Source of the DNA: an uncultured Verrucomicrobiota bacterium
GTDB taxonomy: Bacteria; Verrucomicrobiota; Kiritimatiellia; CAJWTS01
Direction: 5' to 3'
DNA length: 64,000 nt
Assembly: GCA_913047795.1 (NCBI GenBank)
Contig: CAJWTS010000006.1
Span: 19,363-83,362, forward strand
Made by a program: the position numbers and the translations under genes. The stretch's first letter is position 1; each line of letters opens with the position of its first letter. Shown piece after piece: positions 1 to 9,529 of the stretch. The notes below the pieces were generated by a model. It searched no databases. It saw only the letters and a program-made list of their open reading frames with translations, and was not told the origin of the DNA.

Positions 1-87
1 AAGAAACGTCTGTAATAGCACAGAAAAGCGCTCGCTTCGGCATAACCGCGGGGCCGGCCCCCTCCGGCAGCGATAATTCCGATAAAA

Positions 88-105
88 GGAATCCCCGGGT
101 ATTCC
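88..105. promoter_or_regulatory. Near-perfect 18-bp palindrome GGAATCCCCGGGTATTCC followed by GCCGGC and a T5 tract, about 125 bp upstream of the nfrB-like start. Candidate operator, or a weak intrinsic terminator of an upstream gene.
   Basis: Read directly: arms GGAAT/ATTCC around a CCCGGG core, then TTTTT at 112-116. Confidence 0.2.
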
Positions 106-230
106 GCCGGCTTTTTGGGTGGACAGATACTTCTAAAACGCTATGAATAACCCTTGCCCAGCGGGAGCACGCATCCGGGAAGACACGGTCAGGAGTGGTA
201 GACGCGGGGAGATAGCCAGGAGCCCGATCA

Positions 231-2249
231 ATGGAAGCCGCAGATCTTTTCTTTTACGCATGGGTCGTCTTTCGGTCTCTCTTCATTTTCCTCATAATTT
301 TCTTCATCGTCAGTGGTCTGGACGATCTGTTTCAGGACATCGTCTATTACTTGCGATGGATATTCAGGGCCATTTTTCGTCGCAAGCTCATCACGCCGGT
401 CACGCGCGAGCAGCTTGATGCCGTTCCGGAGAAGGCCGTCGCGATCATGGTCCCCGCCTGGGATGAGTCGGCGGTCATCGGACCGATGCTACTCAATACC
501 TGCAGCACACTGGACTACAAGAATTTCGTCGTTTTTGTCGGCACCTATCCTAACGATGAGGCAACGCGGGTTGAAGTCGAAAAAATTCGCGACATCTATC
601 CGAATATCGAAGTTGCCATTACGCCGTCCGACGGCCCGACCAATAAAGCCGACTGTCTGAACTGGGTCTACCAGGGGCTGCTTATTTACGAAATGGAACA
701 CGGGGTGCATTTCGATATTTTCTTGATGCACGATTCCGAGGACGTTATCCATCCGCTCTCGATCAAGTATTACAACTACCTGATCCCACGCCTCGACTTC
801 ATTCAGCTCCCGGTTTACCCGCTGGAGGCCAAGTGGACGGACCTGGTGATAGGCGTCTACATGGACGAGTTCGCGGAGAGCCACAGCAAGGATCTGCGCA
901 TTCGGGAGGCCCTGGCTCGTTCCATTCCGTCGGCGGGCGTGGGCACAGCCATGAGTCGCGCCACGATCGAGTTTCTCGCGTCCAGCCACGACAACCAGAT
1001 TTTCGACATCACATCGGTCACGGAAGACTACTTGATGGGACTCAAGCTGGAAGATTTCGAGGGGCGCAAGATATTCCTTCAGCAGGAAATCGAACGACCA
1101 GGCGAAGGGCGCAAGGAGCCGATTGCGACCCGCGCCCTGTTCCCGACGACGTTCGCGTCTGCCGTGCGCCAGAAGTCGCGCTGGATTCTCGGCATCGCGC
1201 TGCAGGGCTGGAGCGTGGGCTGGGGCCGCTCGCTCGGATCGGGCTATTACCTGTTTCGCGATCGCAAGGGAGTGCTCACGAACATCCTGGTTGTCGTGGG
1301 CTACATTGTCTTCTTCTGGTGGGCGATCAGCGGGTTCCTTAACAATCAATTCGCCGGAGTCGACATACCGCCGCTCGTGGAGACCGATGAGATCTGGTGG
1401 AACTTCAGCGGACTCGTACTGGCGCTCTTCGTCTGGCGCATCATCAATCGCGTGGGCTTCACCTGGCACGTCTACGGACCCAAGTTTGCGGTTCTGGCGT
1501 TCCCGCGCATGATTTACGCCAACGTGTTGAACTTCTGCGCGACCTTGGCCGCGATCAACGAATTCGCGAGTGCCAAGCGGGAGGGACGCGTGCCGGAGTG
1601 GAAGAAGACAGAGCATAGCTTCCCGTCCGAAGAACAACTGCGCCGCTACCGCCGGCGCCTGGGTGACATCTTGCTGGACAGGCGCTGGGTAACATCGGCC
1701 CAGTTACAGGAAGCCCTGGTGCGTCAGGAATCGGAGAAGCGCCCCCTGGGCGAACTTCTGGTCGAGATGGGCGTGCTCTGGGAAGAGGACGTAAAACTGG
1801 CGCTTTCTGTACAGGAAAATCGTCAGCGCGTGGAGATCGACCCCTACGCCACGCCCGGGGAACTCCTGAAGCGGGTGCCCCAGCACCTGGCGGAGAAGCA
1901 CAAGGTGTTTCCGCTGGCCTACAGCGGCGATCGAATCGTGTTGGCCACGGCGTCCGAGGACCGTTCCAACCTGGACGAGCTGAAGCGATCCCTCGACGCG
2001 ACGGTCGAGCTGCGCCACTCATCCGAAGCCGAGATCACGTTTGCTATTTCACGCGCCTACACCGACCTGCACCGGCCGGAATCGATGGAGGCCACCCTTG
2101 GCCAGCGCCTTATCGAAAAGGACCTGATCGACGAAAAGACGCTTCGCAAGGCCCTGCGCGAGCAGAAGGCCACGGACAAGCCCTTGGGCGAGGTATTGAT
2201 CAAGATGAAGGCCATCTCGAAGGTGGATCTCAAGGAGGGGTTGCAATAG
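231..2249 (+). CDS. nfrB: Family-2 glycosyltransferase (NfrB-like exopolysaccharide synthase): N-terminal TM segments, cytoplasmic GT-A domain, C-terminal tandem MshEN (T2SSE_N-like) c-di-GMP-binding domains
   Basis: 672-aa ORF. Hydrophobic N-terminus (FFYAWVVFRSLFIFLIIFFIV). GT2-like core (VPAWDESAVIG, MHDSEDVIHP). Four copies of the 24-residue MshEN motif at the C-terminus (RLGDILLDRRWVTSAQLQEALVRQ; PLGELLVEMGVLWEEDVKLALSVQ; TLGQRLIEKDLIDEKTLRKALREQ; PLGEVLIKMKAISKVDLKEGLQ). Confidence 0.8.
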   Translation: MEAADLFFYAWVVFRSLFIFLIIFFIVSGLDDLFQDIVYYLRWIFRAIFRRKLITPVTREQLDAVPEKAVAIMVPAWDESAVIGPMLLNTCSTLDYKNFVVFVGTYPNDEATRVEVEKIRDIYPNIEVAITPSDGPTNKADCLNWVYQGLLIYEMEHGVHFDIFLMHDSEDVIHPLSIKYYNYLIPRLDFIQLPVYPLEAKWTDLVIGVYMDEFAESHSKDLRIREALARSIPSAGVGTAMSRATIEFLASSHDNQIFDITSVTEDYLMGLKLEDFEGRKIFLQQEIERPGEGRKEPIATRALFPTTFASAVRQKSRWILGIALQGWSVGWGRSLGSGYYLFRDRKGVLTNILVVVGYIVFFWWAISGFLNNQFAGVDIPPLVETDEIWWNFSGLVLALFVWRIINRVGFTWHVYGPKFAVLAFPRMIYANVLNFCATLAAINEFASAKREGRVPEWKKTEHSFPSEEQLRRYRRRLGDILLDRRWVTSAQLQEALVRQESEKRPLGELLVEMGVLWEEDVKLALSVQENRQRVEIDPYATPGELLKRVPQHLAEKHKVFPLAYSGDRIVLATASEDRSNLDELKRSLDATVELRHSSEAEITFAISRAYTDLHRPESMEATLGQRLIEKDLIDEKTLRKALREQKATDKPLGEVLIKMKAISKVDLKEGLQ

Positions 2250-2251
2250 GC

Positions 2252-5200
2252 ATGAATCATCGATCCCGCATAAAGATTTCCTGCATTGCCGCCACGGGTC
2301 TCCTCTTGATTGGTGCCGGCCCGCTCGTGGCGGAAGAACTGTCGCAGGCCATGCCCATCCCGAAGCCGAAGGCGGGGTATGGCTGGTTCAAGAATCAGCG
2401 CGTCAACTACAGCAACCGTCCGTTGTGGAAGAAGGCCAACGCGTTGGTGGCGGAAGGCAAGCACACGCGCGCAGCGCGCGTCTACGATTCGATCCTCGCC
2501 ACGGACCCACACAACAACAAGGCCAAGGTTCACCTGATCCACCTCTACTTTCAGCTCGAAGAGTGGACCAGAGGCATCGACCTTGCCGAGAGCCTGATTG
2601 CGAATTATCCGGATTACCTCGATGCCTATTTCTTCAAGGCCAATTATGCGCTCAGGGCCGGGCGGACCCAATTGGCCGTCCGGACCTTCGAAGACATTCT
2701 CAATCGCGACCCCAGCCGGGCGGTCGCGAATTCCGAGGCGTACAAGGGCCTGGCGCGCGCACGATTTCCGGCGCGGGCGTATCAGAAGCGTCTACCCGAG
2801 GTGCACCGTAGCCTGGCGCGACTGTACTCCCTGAGCGGCGACGCCATGCGCGCGGAGGAACACGCCGCGCGTTGGCGTGACCTGACCGACGAGGGCGAAG
2901 CACATCTTTTTGTCGCCGAGAGCGCACTGAGCCGCAAAGACTGGGACAAGGCGATGGAGGCCCTGACCCTTGCCGGCGAACGCGTCGATACGGAAGAGCT
3001 GAAAGGACGCCTGAGTCTCAAGCGCGGAATGGTCCTCTATAATCTGAAGGATTACGACCGCGCGATGAACGAGCTCATGAACGCCGAAAGCAGAACCGAG
3101 AACGCCGCGGACAAGGCCCTGGCCCAGCGTTACCTCGGCCAAATTGCACTCAAGAAGGGCGCGAACACACGTGCGGCCGATTACCTGTTGTCCGCTACCG
3201 CGATCGCTTTTGACGAAGACGCTGGCGCCGCAGCCCTGCAGGCATTAATGGCGTCCGAGCAATGGGAACGCGGGGTAACCGCGGCCGAGAAGATGCTCAA
3301 GCGGGAAAATCTCTCCGATAACTTCCAGCGCGTGGCGAATGAGAACCTGATGTATTTCTACAAGAATAGCGGCAACGACCGCGGGTATGCCATGGTTGCC
3401 GATAAGCTGCGGCGCGAGAGCCCGGATGATCCGCGCTACCTGCTCGAGAGCGCCGTCGGTGCCGACCGGCTGGGGCGCGATGAGCGCGCGCGCGAATTCT
3501 ACACCACATATCTGGAGGGAAAATTCGACCCGGCCGTTGCCTTCAACCTGTTCTACCTGTTGAAGGAAACCGAGGACCTGGCCGCCGGCGAGGTTGTGCT
3601 CGACCGGGTCGTGGCGACGGAAGGACTAACAGACGACATGCGGCTCGCCGCGAACTACGAACTTGCGCAGGTCTACCGCGCGACCAACCGCACCAATGAC
3701 TACATGCGCATCATGGACCAGGTGGTCCTCGAGAAGGCCGAGGCGGAGCTGCTGTTTGAATATGGCGTGCAGCTCTACGGCAGCGGCTACGATGACCTGG
3801 CCGTCGAGCTATTCAAAAAGGCGTTCGAGCGCCAGACGGAGGCTGCCGACAACTTCAAGACCGCGATTATCATCGCCAAGATCAACATCGGGCACGGCGA
3901 GAACGAGGTCGGCCGCGAATGGTTAGAAAAGGCGCGTGCGTTCGGCGAGGTCGATGACGAATGGCATATCACGATGGCGCGCACGTATTTCAACAACGCC
4001 GAATATGATGCGGTGATCGAGCGCCTGCTGGGCGTGGTCAGCGAGCAGGACACGGGCGGCAACCTGCTGCTCGGGTTTACCTACCACCTGATGCGCATGC
4101 CCGGTCTGTCGCTGTACCACCTGAATCGCGTCGGCTCGCCGGAGAAGCTGGACCCCAGCGAGCGCAATACGCTTTTCTCAAACCGGGCCTACCTCTGGTT
4201 TGACCAGGGCAACTACGTTAACGCGCTGGCGGATGCCGAACGCGCTGTTGCGCCGCACACCGCAGACCAGATGATGCTGGTCCAAATGAAGGCGCTGTTG
4301 CCGCTAAATCGCTACGAAGAGGCGCGCGATATCGGTCTTGAGTTGCTCGACACGATGGACGAGGAGGAGGCGCCTTCCTTCGTCGCCGACCTGATGAAGA
4401 CGCTGGGAACCGTTCATTTCTATCTCAACGATAACGAGAACGCGGTCGAGTTCTTCACGGCGGCACTTAAAGTTGATGACGGGCAGTACGACGTCTACTA
4501 CCTGCGCGCCCTCGCCTATCACCGGCTCGAGGAGTACGAGAAGGCCGAGGAAGATTTCCTCCTGATAGAGACGGAGTCGTCTTTCATCCCGGCCGTGCTC
4601 TGGGGCGACATGGGAATCGTGGAGGGCTATCTTGAGAATTACGATACCGGCACCGTGGTTCTGGCGCGGTCGCTCGAGTACTACCGGTACGATATCGACG
4701 GCATCGAAGAGATGGCATACCAGCACATGAAGAACAACGACAATGCGAAGGCGCAAGATGCGTTCTTCCGGGGCGTGCGCGCGTACGACAATGTTATCCC
4801 GTACATCACCGGGCCGGATCGCGAAATTTATACAGACGACCGCAAGGCCCTGAAGCGCGAGTACGCCAAGCTCGATCGGACGTGGACATTCGAAACCTAT
4901 GTTAACCGGACAGAATTTGGGGACGACGCGGTTGCGGGCTTCGCCGGAACGCTCTCGGCAGTGGACGGCGGCCTGCCCTCCCAGGCAGGTGTCTACCTGG
5001 GGTATCGACCTCCGAAGCTGGGGTTTCGAGATGAGAAGACCCTGGATGGGTTCGCGCGCGTGCTGGCGAATTTCGAGCCCGACTCCTGGGCCCTCGACGA
5101 GGATACCTATCAACTCGGGATTGGATTGGACTGGAAACCCTTCAAGGCGTTCAACTATTCGATGAGCTTCGAGAAGCTCATCGCGATCGGGGATAACGCC

Positions 5201-5638
5201 GAAGATAACTGGCTCTGGCGCAACAAGGGATCGGTTGAGTTTGGCGAGAAGCCGAAGAAGCTCAAGGAAGCCTGGACGAGCGGCCGACTCTATGGCGATA
5301 TCGCGTGGTATCTCGATGATCCCAATCGCGTCGTCTACTACCTCGACGGTCGCCTGGCGCGTACGATCGCACTTTCGGATACCTTCTTGCTGACGATTCC
5401 GCAGGGCAAAGCGGTGTGGCGCTATCAGAACAACGATCCCGACGGTATTGGTTCGTATGTGATAGCTTCGATCGGGTTCGAAGCGCGATTTCTCGAGAAA
5501 GAGAGAGATGCGCTGACCGAACGCTGGTACATGGATCTCTTCGCCCACTATGCCTGGGGTTGGTTCACGGACGAACCGCGGATCAAGGGCGATCGTAACT
5601 TCGAGGGCATCTGGTTCGGTGCCACGTTCCGGAAGTGA
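2252..5638 (+). CDS. nfrA: Outer-membrane exopolysaccharide export protein: signal peptide, long TPR-repeat periplasmic region, C-terminal beta-barrel (NfrA/PgaA/BcsC-like)
   Basis: 1128-aa ORF starting 2 nt after the nfrB stop. N-terminal signal-like segment (SCIAATGLLLIGAGPLVAEE). Hundreds of residues with Ala/Leu/Tyr-rich TPR periodicity. Last ~300 aa have alternating hydrophobic/aromatic beta-strand pattern ending ...GIWFGATFRK. Confidence 0.7.
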   Translation: MNHRSRIKISCIAATGLLLIGAGPLVAEELSQAMPIPKPKAGYGWFKNQRVNYSNRPLWKKANALVAEGKHTRAARVYDSILATDPHNNKAKVHLIHLYFQLEEWTRGIDLAESLIANYPDYLDAYFFKANYALRAGRTQLAVRTFEDILNRDPSRAVANSEAYKGLARARFPARAYQKRLPEVHRSLARLYSLSGDAMRAEEHAARWRDLTDEGEAHLFVAESALSRKDWDKAMEALTLAGERVDTEELKGRLSLKRGMVLYNLKDYDRAMNELMNAESRTENAADKALAQRYLGQIALKKGANTRAADYLLSATAIAFDEDAGAAALQALMASEQWERGVTAAEKMLKRENLSDNFQRVANENLMYFYKNSGNDRGYAMVADKLRRESPDDPRYLLESAVGADRLGRDERAREFYTTYLEGKFDPAVAFNLFYLLKETEDLAAGEVVLDRVVATEGLTDDMRLAANYELAQVYRATNRTNDYMRIMDQVVLEKAEAELLFEYGVQLYGSGYDDLAVELFKKAFERQTEAADNFKTAIIIAKINIGHGENEVGREWLEKARAFGEVDDEWHITMARTYFNNAEYDAVIERLLGVVSEQDTGGNLLLGFTYHLMRMPGLSLYHLNRVGSPEKLDPSERNTLFSNRAYLWFDQGNYVNALADAERAVAPHTADQMMLVQMKALLPLNRYEEARDIGLELLDTMDEEEAPSFVADLMKTLGTVHFYLNDNENAVEFFTAALKVDDGQYDVYYLRALAYHRLEEYEKAEEDFLLIETESSFIPAVLWGDMGIVEGYLENYDTGTVVLARSLEYYRYDIDGIEEMAYQHMKNNDNAKAQDAFFRGVRAYDNVIPYITGPDREIYTDDRKALKREYAKLDRTWTFETYVNRTEFGDDAVAGFAGTLSAVDGGLPSQAGVYLGYRPPKLGFRDEKTLDGFARVLANFEPDSWALDEDTYQLGIGLDWKPFKAFNYSMSFEKLIAIGDNAEDNWLWRNKGSVEFGEKPKKLKEAWTSGRLYGDIAWYLDDPNRVVYYLDGRLARTIALSDTFLLTIPQGKAVWRYQNNDPDGIGSYVIASIGFEARFLEKERDALTERWYMDLFAHYAWGWFTDEPRIKGDRNFEGIWFGATFRK

Positions 5639-6837
5639 CCATGGCGCGAGCACGGAGAACAAAGGACATGCGAAAAGCTTACGGCCTGATATTGATGATG
5701 GCAGCCTGCCTGTGGTCGCTCGACGGCCTGGCCGGAGATGCGACGTTTGTTCAGCTGAGTCGCGCCGCGGCAAAACGGTCGGCGGATGATTGGCGGGCGG
5801 AGTTTGAAAAGATGACGGCCATAGGGGTCGATACGATCATTCTGCAGTGGACGGCGGAGACAGACATTGCGTATTTCGTTCTTGTCGAGGACGCGGAGGC
5901 GCCGGAAGACCCCGTTGCCGCAGGGGTGCGCGCGCGGGAAGAAGACCTGGCCCCGACGAATCCGAGCGAGACCATGAAGGAGCCGGTCGTTCTGCCTGAC
6001 ATTTCCGCCGAGGAAACCTACCCCGAACAGTACCCGGTCCTGGAGCGGATTTTCGAGGCCGCCGAAGCAAGTGGCGTCTCGGTCGTGCTGGGCCTGCACC
6101 ACGATCCGAATTACTGGACCGAGATCACCGCACGCATGCGTGTATTGAAAGACTACTTTTATGTGCGCACCGCCCATAACGAACGGCTGCAATTGGAGTT
6201 GCTGAAGAAGTTCAGCCATCGCACGAGCTGGATCGGCTACTACGTGCCGGATGAGATCGATGATTTAACATGGCGCACGGATGCCAAGCTCGATCTCGTG
6301 GCGGGTTACGTGGCTCTCCTCAGCGAGCGCTTGCGCGCCAACGACGCCGACCGCGGCATCACGATCAGTAGCTTTTTCCGGCTGCGCACCGCCCCCGATG
6401 TCTATGCCCGTAACATCAAGCGCATTCTTTCCGGCAGCGACGTGACCGAGCTGTTGGTACAGGACGGCATGGGCGACGGCAACCCGTGGAAATACGCGAA
6501 ACACTATGTGCCGATTTACTATGAAACGCTTGCGGAGGTCCTGAAGGAAGAAGCCTACGATCGTAAAGTCGTGATTGAACTTTTTGAACGCGTCACGGAT
6601 GTGGGCGAACCCTTTCGTGCCGTTTCGGCGCCGGTCGATCGCGTCAGCCGGCAGATCGAAATGGCCGCCCCGCATTTCGCGGGGAAAGTCTACTTCACGT
6701 ACTCGAACTACATGCATCCGGCTCGGGGCGAACATGCCGCTGAGCTTTACGATGCAATGAAGTCCGGATCACGAAAAAGAGCCGCCGCAGTCGCCGCACC
6801 CGCCGCACCCGCCGCACCCGCACCGGAAGACAAGTAA
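5635..6837 (+). CDS. Secreted/periplasmic glycoside-hydrolase-like (TIM-barrel-like, YbcH/DUF4434-type?) protein with C-terminal Pro-Ala repeat tail
   Basis: GTG start overlaps the nfrA stop (GTGA). Signal peptide (MRKAYGLILMMAACLWSLDGLAG). ORF ends in AAAVAAPAAPAAPAPEDK. Third position in the nfr-like operon. Product assignment is tentative. Confidence 0.5.
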   Translation: MTMARARRTKDMRKAYGLILMMAACLWSLDGLAGDATFVQLSRAAAKRSADDWRAEFEKMTAIGVDTIILQWTAETDIAYFVLVEDAEAPEDPVAAGVRAREEDLAPTNPSETMKEPVVLPDISAEETYPEQYPVLERIFEAAEASGVSVVLGLHHDPNYWTEITARMRVLKDYFYVRTAHNERLQLELLKKFSHRTSWIGYYVPDEIDDLTWRTDAKLDLVAGYVALLSERLRANDADRGITISSFFRLRTAPDVYARNIKRILSGSDVTELLVQDGMGDGNPWKYAKHYVPIYYETLAEVLKEEAYDRKVVIELFERVTDVGEPFRAVSAPVDRVSRQIEMAAPHFAGKVYFTYSNYMHPARGEHAAELYDAMKSGSRKRAAAVAAPAAPAAPAPEDK

Positions 6838-6866
6838 CCGGCGCGTTCCGTGCCGCGCGGCTTTCC

Positions 6867-9500
6867 TTGAGTTCACATATGCCCGGGCGTATAATCCCGC
6901 CTCTCGTGAAAGAGACCGAAATAGATGTTTTCCCCATGGAGCCGGCCGATCCCGTGCCCGCCGACAGGATTCGCGTGCTCGTTATCGATGACGAGGAGCC
7001 GATTCGGAGGCTTGCGCGTCGCATACTGATCCAGGCAGGGTGTACCGTGGAGGCCGCCGTCGATGGCCGTGACGGGTTGCAATTGCTGCTCGGGAGCGAC
7101 TTCGATGTTGCTGTTGTTGACCTCAAGATGAGCCGCATGGACGGTATCGCGTTTCTGGTCGAGGCGCTTCGGATCTGTCCCTGGATCGGCGTCGTCATCG
7201 TAACCGGATTGAGCCAGCAGGTCGACGTGGACCGCGCTCGAGAACTCGGCGTAAAACACATTCTCAAGAAACCGTTCAGGGTCGACGAATTCCGCGGCAT
7301 GGTTTTCGAGCAGGCCGAGGAAAAGCGTCGCAAGTTAACGACCTCGTCGGACATCTCCCTTGGACGTATTCAGAACGCGCTCGGGCTGTTTCGCCAACTG
7401 ACCTGCGCGGCGACGGAATCGGACACGCTGCTTGATGCCCTGCAGAGCCTGAGCACGGGCCTGCAGATACTGCCGTCGGCCGTCGTCGCGATCCTGAGCC
7501 TGGAAGAGGACCCGATCCTGGTGATCAGCGTGCTAAAGCCCGTGTCGCGGGAATTTCTACAGACCTTCGAGGATGAGATCCGGACGCGTTATCAACGATT
7601 CAGCGGCCAGACCCTCTCGAGCGAACTGCGGATCGAGGTGCAGGGCGTGGCCGAGAGCGAGGACGGCGCCGCCGCGGTTGGAAACTCGTTCAGCATTCCA
7701 ATTATCACCGGTGGCGACATCAGTGGCCTGCTCGCGCATGCGTCGATCGATAAAGACGCGTATTCCGAGACGGACATGTTGTTCATGTACCACGCTGCCA
7801 ACCTGCTCTCCACGGTGCTGCTGACCTTCCGCCGGATGAAACAGCTCGCGGTGCGCGATGCGCTCACGGGCCTGTATAACCAGCGCGGCCTGCGGGAGCA
7901 GATGGAGAGCGTGTGGCAGATGGTGAAACGCTATCACTACCGGGTCAGCATCGCCGTGTTGGACATCGACCAATTCAAGGCGGTCAACGATACCTATGGA
8001 CACCCGGTCGGCGACGAAGTGTTGCTCGAGTTGGGCGACCTGTTGCGCGTCAGTGTCCGCGCGTCGGACATCATCGGCCGTTACGGCGGTGACGAATTCG
8101 TCATCTTGTTCCCCAATGCCTCGCCGGAAGACCTCGCCGCGTTTTCGGAACGATTCATGGAAACGCTGCGCGGTCATATCTTCTGCGACGGCACGCACGA
8201 CCTGAAGCTGACCGTATCAATGGGCATGTCCAGCAGCTTTGGCCAGGACTGGCTCTTGCTCTCGAGCAACGAGATCCTGACCCAAGCCGATCAGGCGCTC
8301 TATACCGCGAAAGATAACGGACGGGATCAGGTCTGCATGTGGTCGGCGGGCGGTTTCGCTGCGACCGAGACCATTGAGACGCTTGCGCCCGTGGCGCGCG
8401 AGACCGCCAAGCATGAAATCCAGGGTGCCGGGCGCCTGCTTGTCGTAGATGACGAGCAGGTCGTGCTCGACTACTTACGGACGGTTTTAAAAACCGAGGG
8501 CTACGAGGTCGTCGCCGTGCAATCCGCGGAAGAAGCCCGAGAGGCGTTGCGCTCTGCGCCCGGAGAAATCGGCATCGTCGTAACCGACATCACGCTTAAA
8601 GAGGAAAGCGGCTTGGATCTGCTCAAAGACCTTCGTTCCCTTGACGACATGCTTGTCGCGATTGTCATGACCGGGAACGTCACGCTCGATAACGCGGTCA
8701 GTAGTTTACGTCACGGTGCGTACGACTTCATCGAAAAGCCGATCGAAGTCGCCCCATTGCTTGCCGTTCTAAATCGCGCCCGCGAATACCGGCGCTTGCG
8801 CCTGCAGAACCGCCGCTACCAGCTGCGCCTCGAAGACATGGTGCGAGAAAAGAGCAAAGAGCTCTCGATTGCGCTCGAACAAGCTAAGCAGTCGTACAAC
8901 TTCACGCTCGAGGCACTGGTCAACATGATCGACGCGCGCGAGCAGAACACGGGTCGGCATAGCGTTAATGTCCGTGAGCTCTCCCTCATTCTCGGACGCG
9001 AACTGGACCTGGAGGAACGCGACATGCGGATCCTGAGCCAGGGCGCGCTCCTGCACGACATCGGAAAAATTGCGATTCCCGACAGCATCCTTCTCAAGGA
9101 AGGACCCCTCACGAGCGATGAGTGGGTTGTCATGCGCTCCCACGCCGAGAAGGGGTACGAGATCGTATCGCGATCGCCGTTTCTGAAGGAATCGGCCGAG
9201 ATCGTGCACTCCCACCAGGAAAAATATGATGGAACGGGCTATCCCCGCGGCCTCGCCGGCGATGATATATGTATGGGTGCCCGCATATTCGCGGTTGTCG
9301 ATGCCTACGATGCGATGCGCACCGACCGCCCCTACCGGAAGGCCATGCGCACAAGTGACGCCATAAACGAGCTGCGGACATATTCCGGAACGCAATTTGA
9401 TCCGACTGTCGTCGAAGCCGCGCTACGCTGCATCGACCAGATGGAGCGTGTCCGCGCCCTGACGACCGATATAGAAGCCAACGAAGTCGCCGCACGTTGA
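6867..9500 (+). CDS. Composite c-di-GMP enzyme: receiver (REC) - GAF-like - GGDEF diguanylate cyclase (intact GGDEF plus RxxD I-site) - second REC - HD-GYP phosphodiesterase
   Basis: 877 aa. REC1 (VLVIDDEEPIRR...VVDLKMSRMDG). GGDEF motif RYGGDEF at 8085-8099 preceded by RASD (I-site spacing). REC2 (LLVVDDEQVVLD...VTDITLKEESG). HD at 9054-9059 and GYP at 9237-9245 (HDIGK...HQEKYDGTGYPRGL). Confidence 0.85.
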   Translation: MSSHMPGRIIPPLVKETEIDVFPMEPADPVPADRIRVLVIDDEEPIRRLARRILIQAGCTVEAAVDGRDGLQLLLGSDFDVAVVDLKMSRMDGIAFLVEALRICPWIGVVIVTGLSQQVDVDRARELGVKHILKKPFRVDEFRGMVFEQAEEKRRKLTTSSDISLGRIQNALGLFRQLTCAATESDTLLDALQSLSTGLQILPSAVVAILSLEEDPILVISVLKPVSREFLQTFEDEIRTRYQRFSGQTLSSELRIEVQGVAESEDGAAAVGNSFSIPIITGGDISGLLAHASIDKDAYSETDMLFMYHAANLLSTVLLTFRRMKQLAVRDALTGLYNQRGLREQMESVWQMVKRYHYRVSIAVLDIDQFKAVNDTYGHPVGDEVLLELGDLLRVSVRASDIIGRYGGDEFVILFPNASPEDLAAFSERFMETLRGHIFCDGTHDLKLTVSMGMSSSFGQDWLLLSSNEILTQADQALYTAKDNGRDQVCMWSAGGFAATETIETLAPVARETAKHEIQGAGRLLVVDDEQVVLDYLRTVLKTEGYEVVAVQSAEEAREALRSAPGEIGIVVTDITLKEESGLDLLKDLRSLDDMLVAIVMTGNVTLDNAVSSLRHGAYDFIEKPIEVAPLLAVLNRAREYRRLRLQNRRYQLRLEDMVREKSKELSIALEQAKQSYNFTLEALVNMIDAREQNTGRHSVNVRELSLILGRELDLEERDMRILSQGALLHDIGKIAIPDSILLKEGPLTSDEWVVMRSHAEKGYEIVSRSPFLKESAEIVHSHQEKYDGTGYPRGLAGDDICMGARIFAVVDAYDAMRTDRPYRKAMRTSDAINELRTYSGTQFDPTVVEAALRCIDQMERVRALTTDIEANEVAAR

Positions 9501-9529
9501 CGCGTGGCCAAGAAGAAAGGGTTCCCCGT

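Noticed and set aside
489-1637. 382-aa minus-strand ORF antisense to the nfrB-like gene
   Set aside because: Lies entirely inside a well-supported plus-strand CDS. Arg/Pro/Ala-rich composition typical of GC-driven antisense ORFs. No motif.
4304-5773. 489-aa minus-strand ORF antisense to nfrA-like and the hydrolase gene
   Set aside because: Same reasoning: spans the junction of two coupled plus-strand genes and has low-complexity composition.
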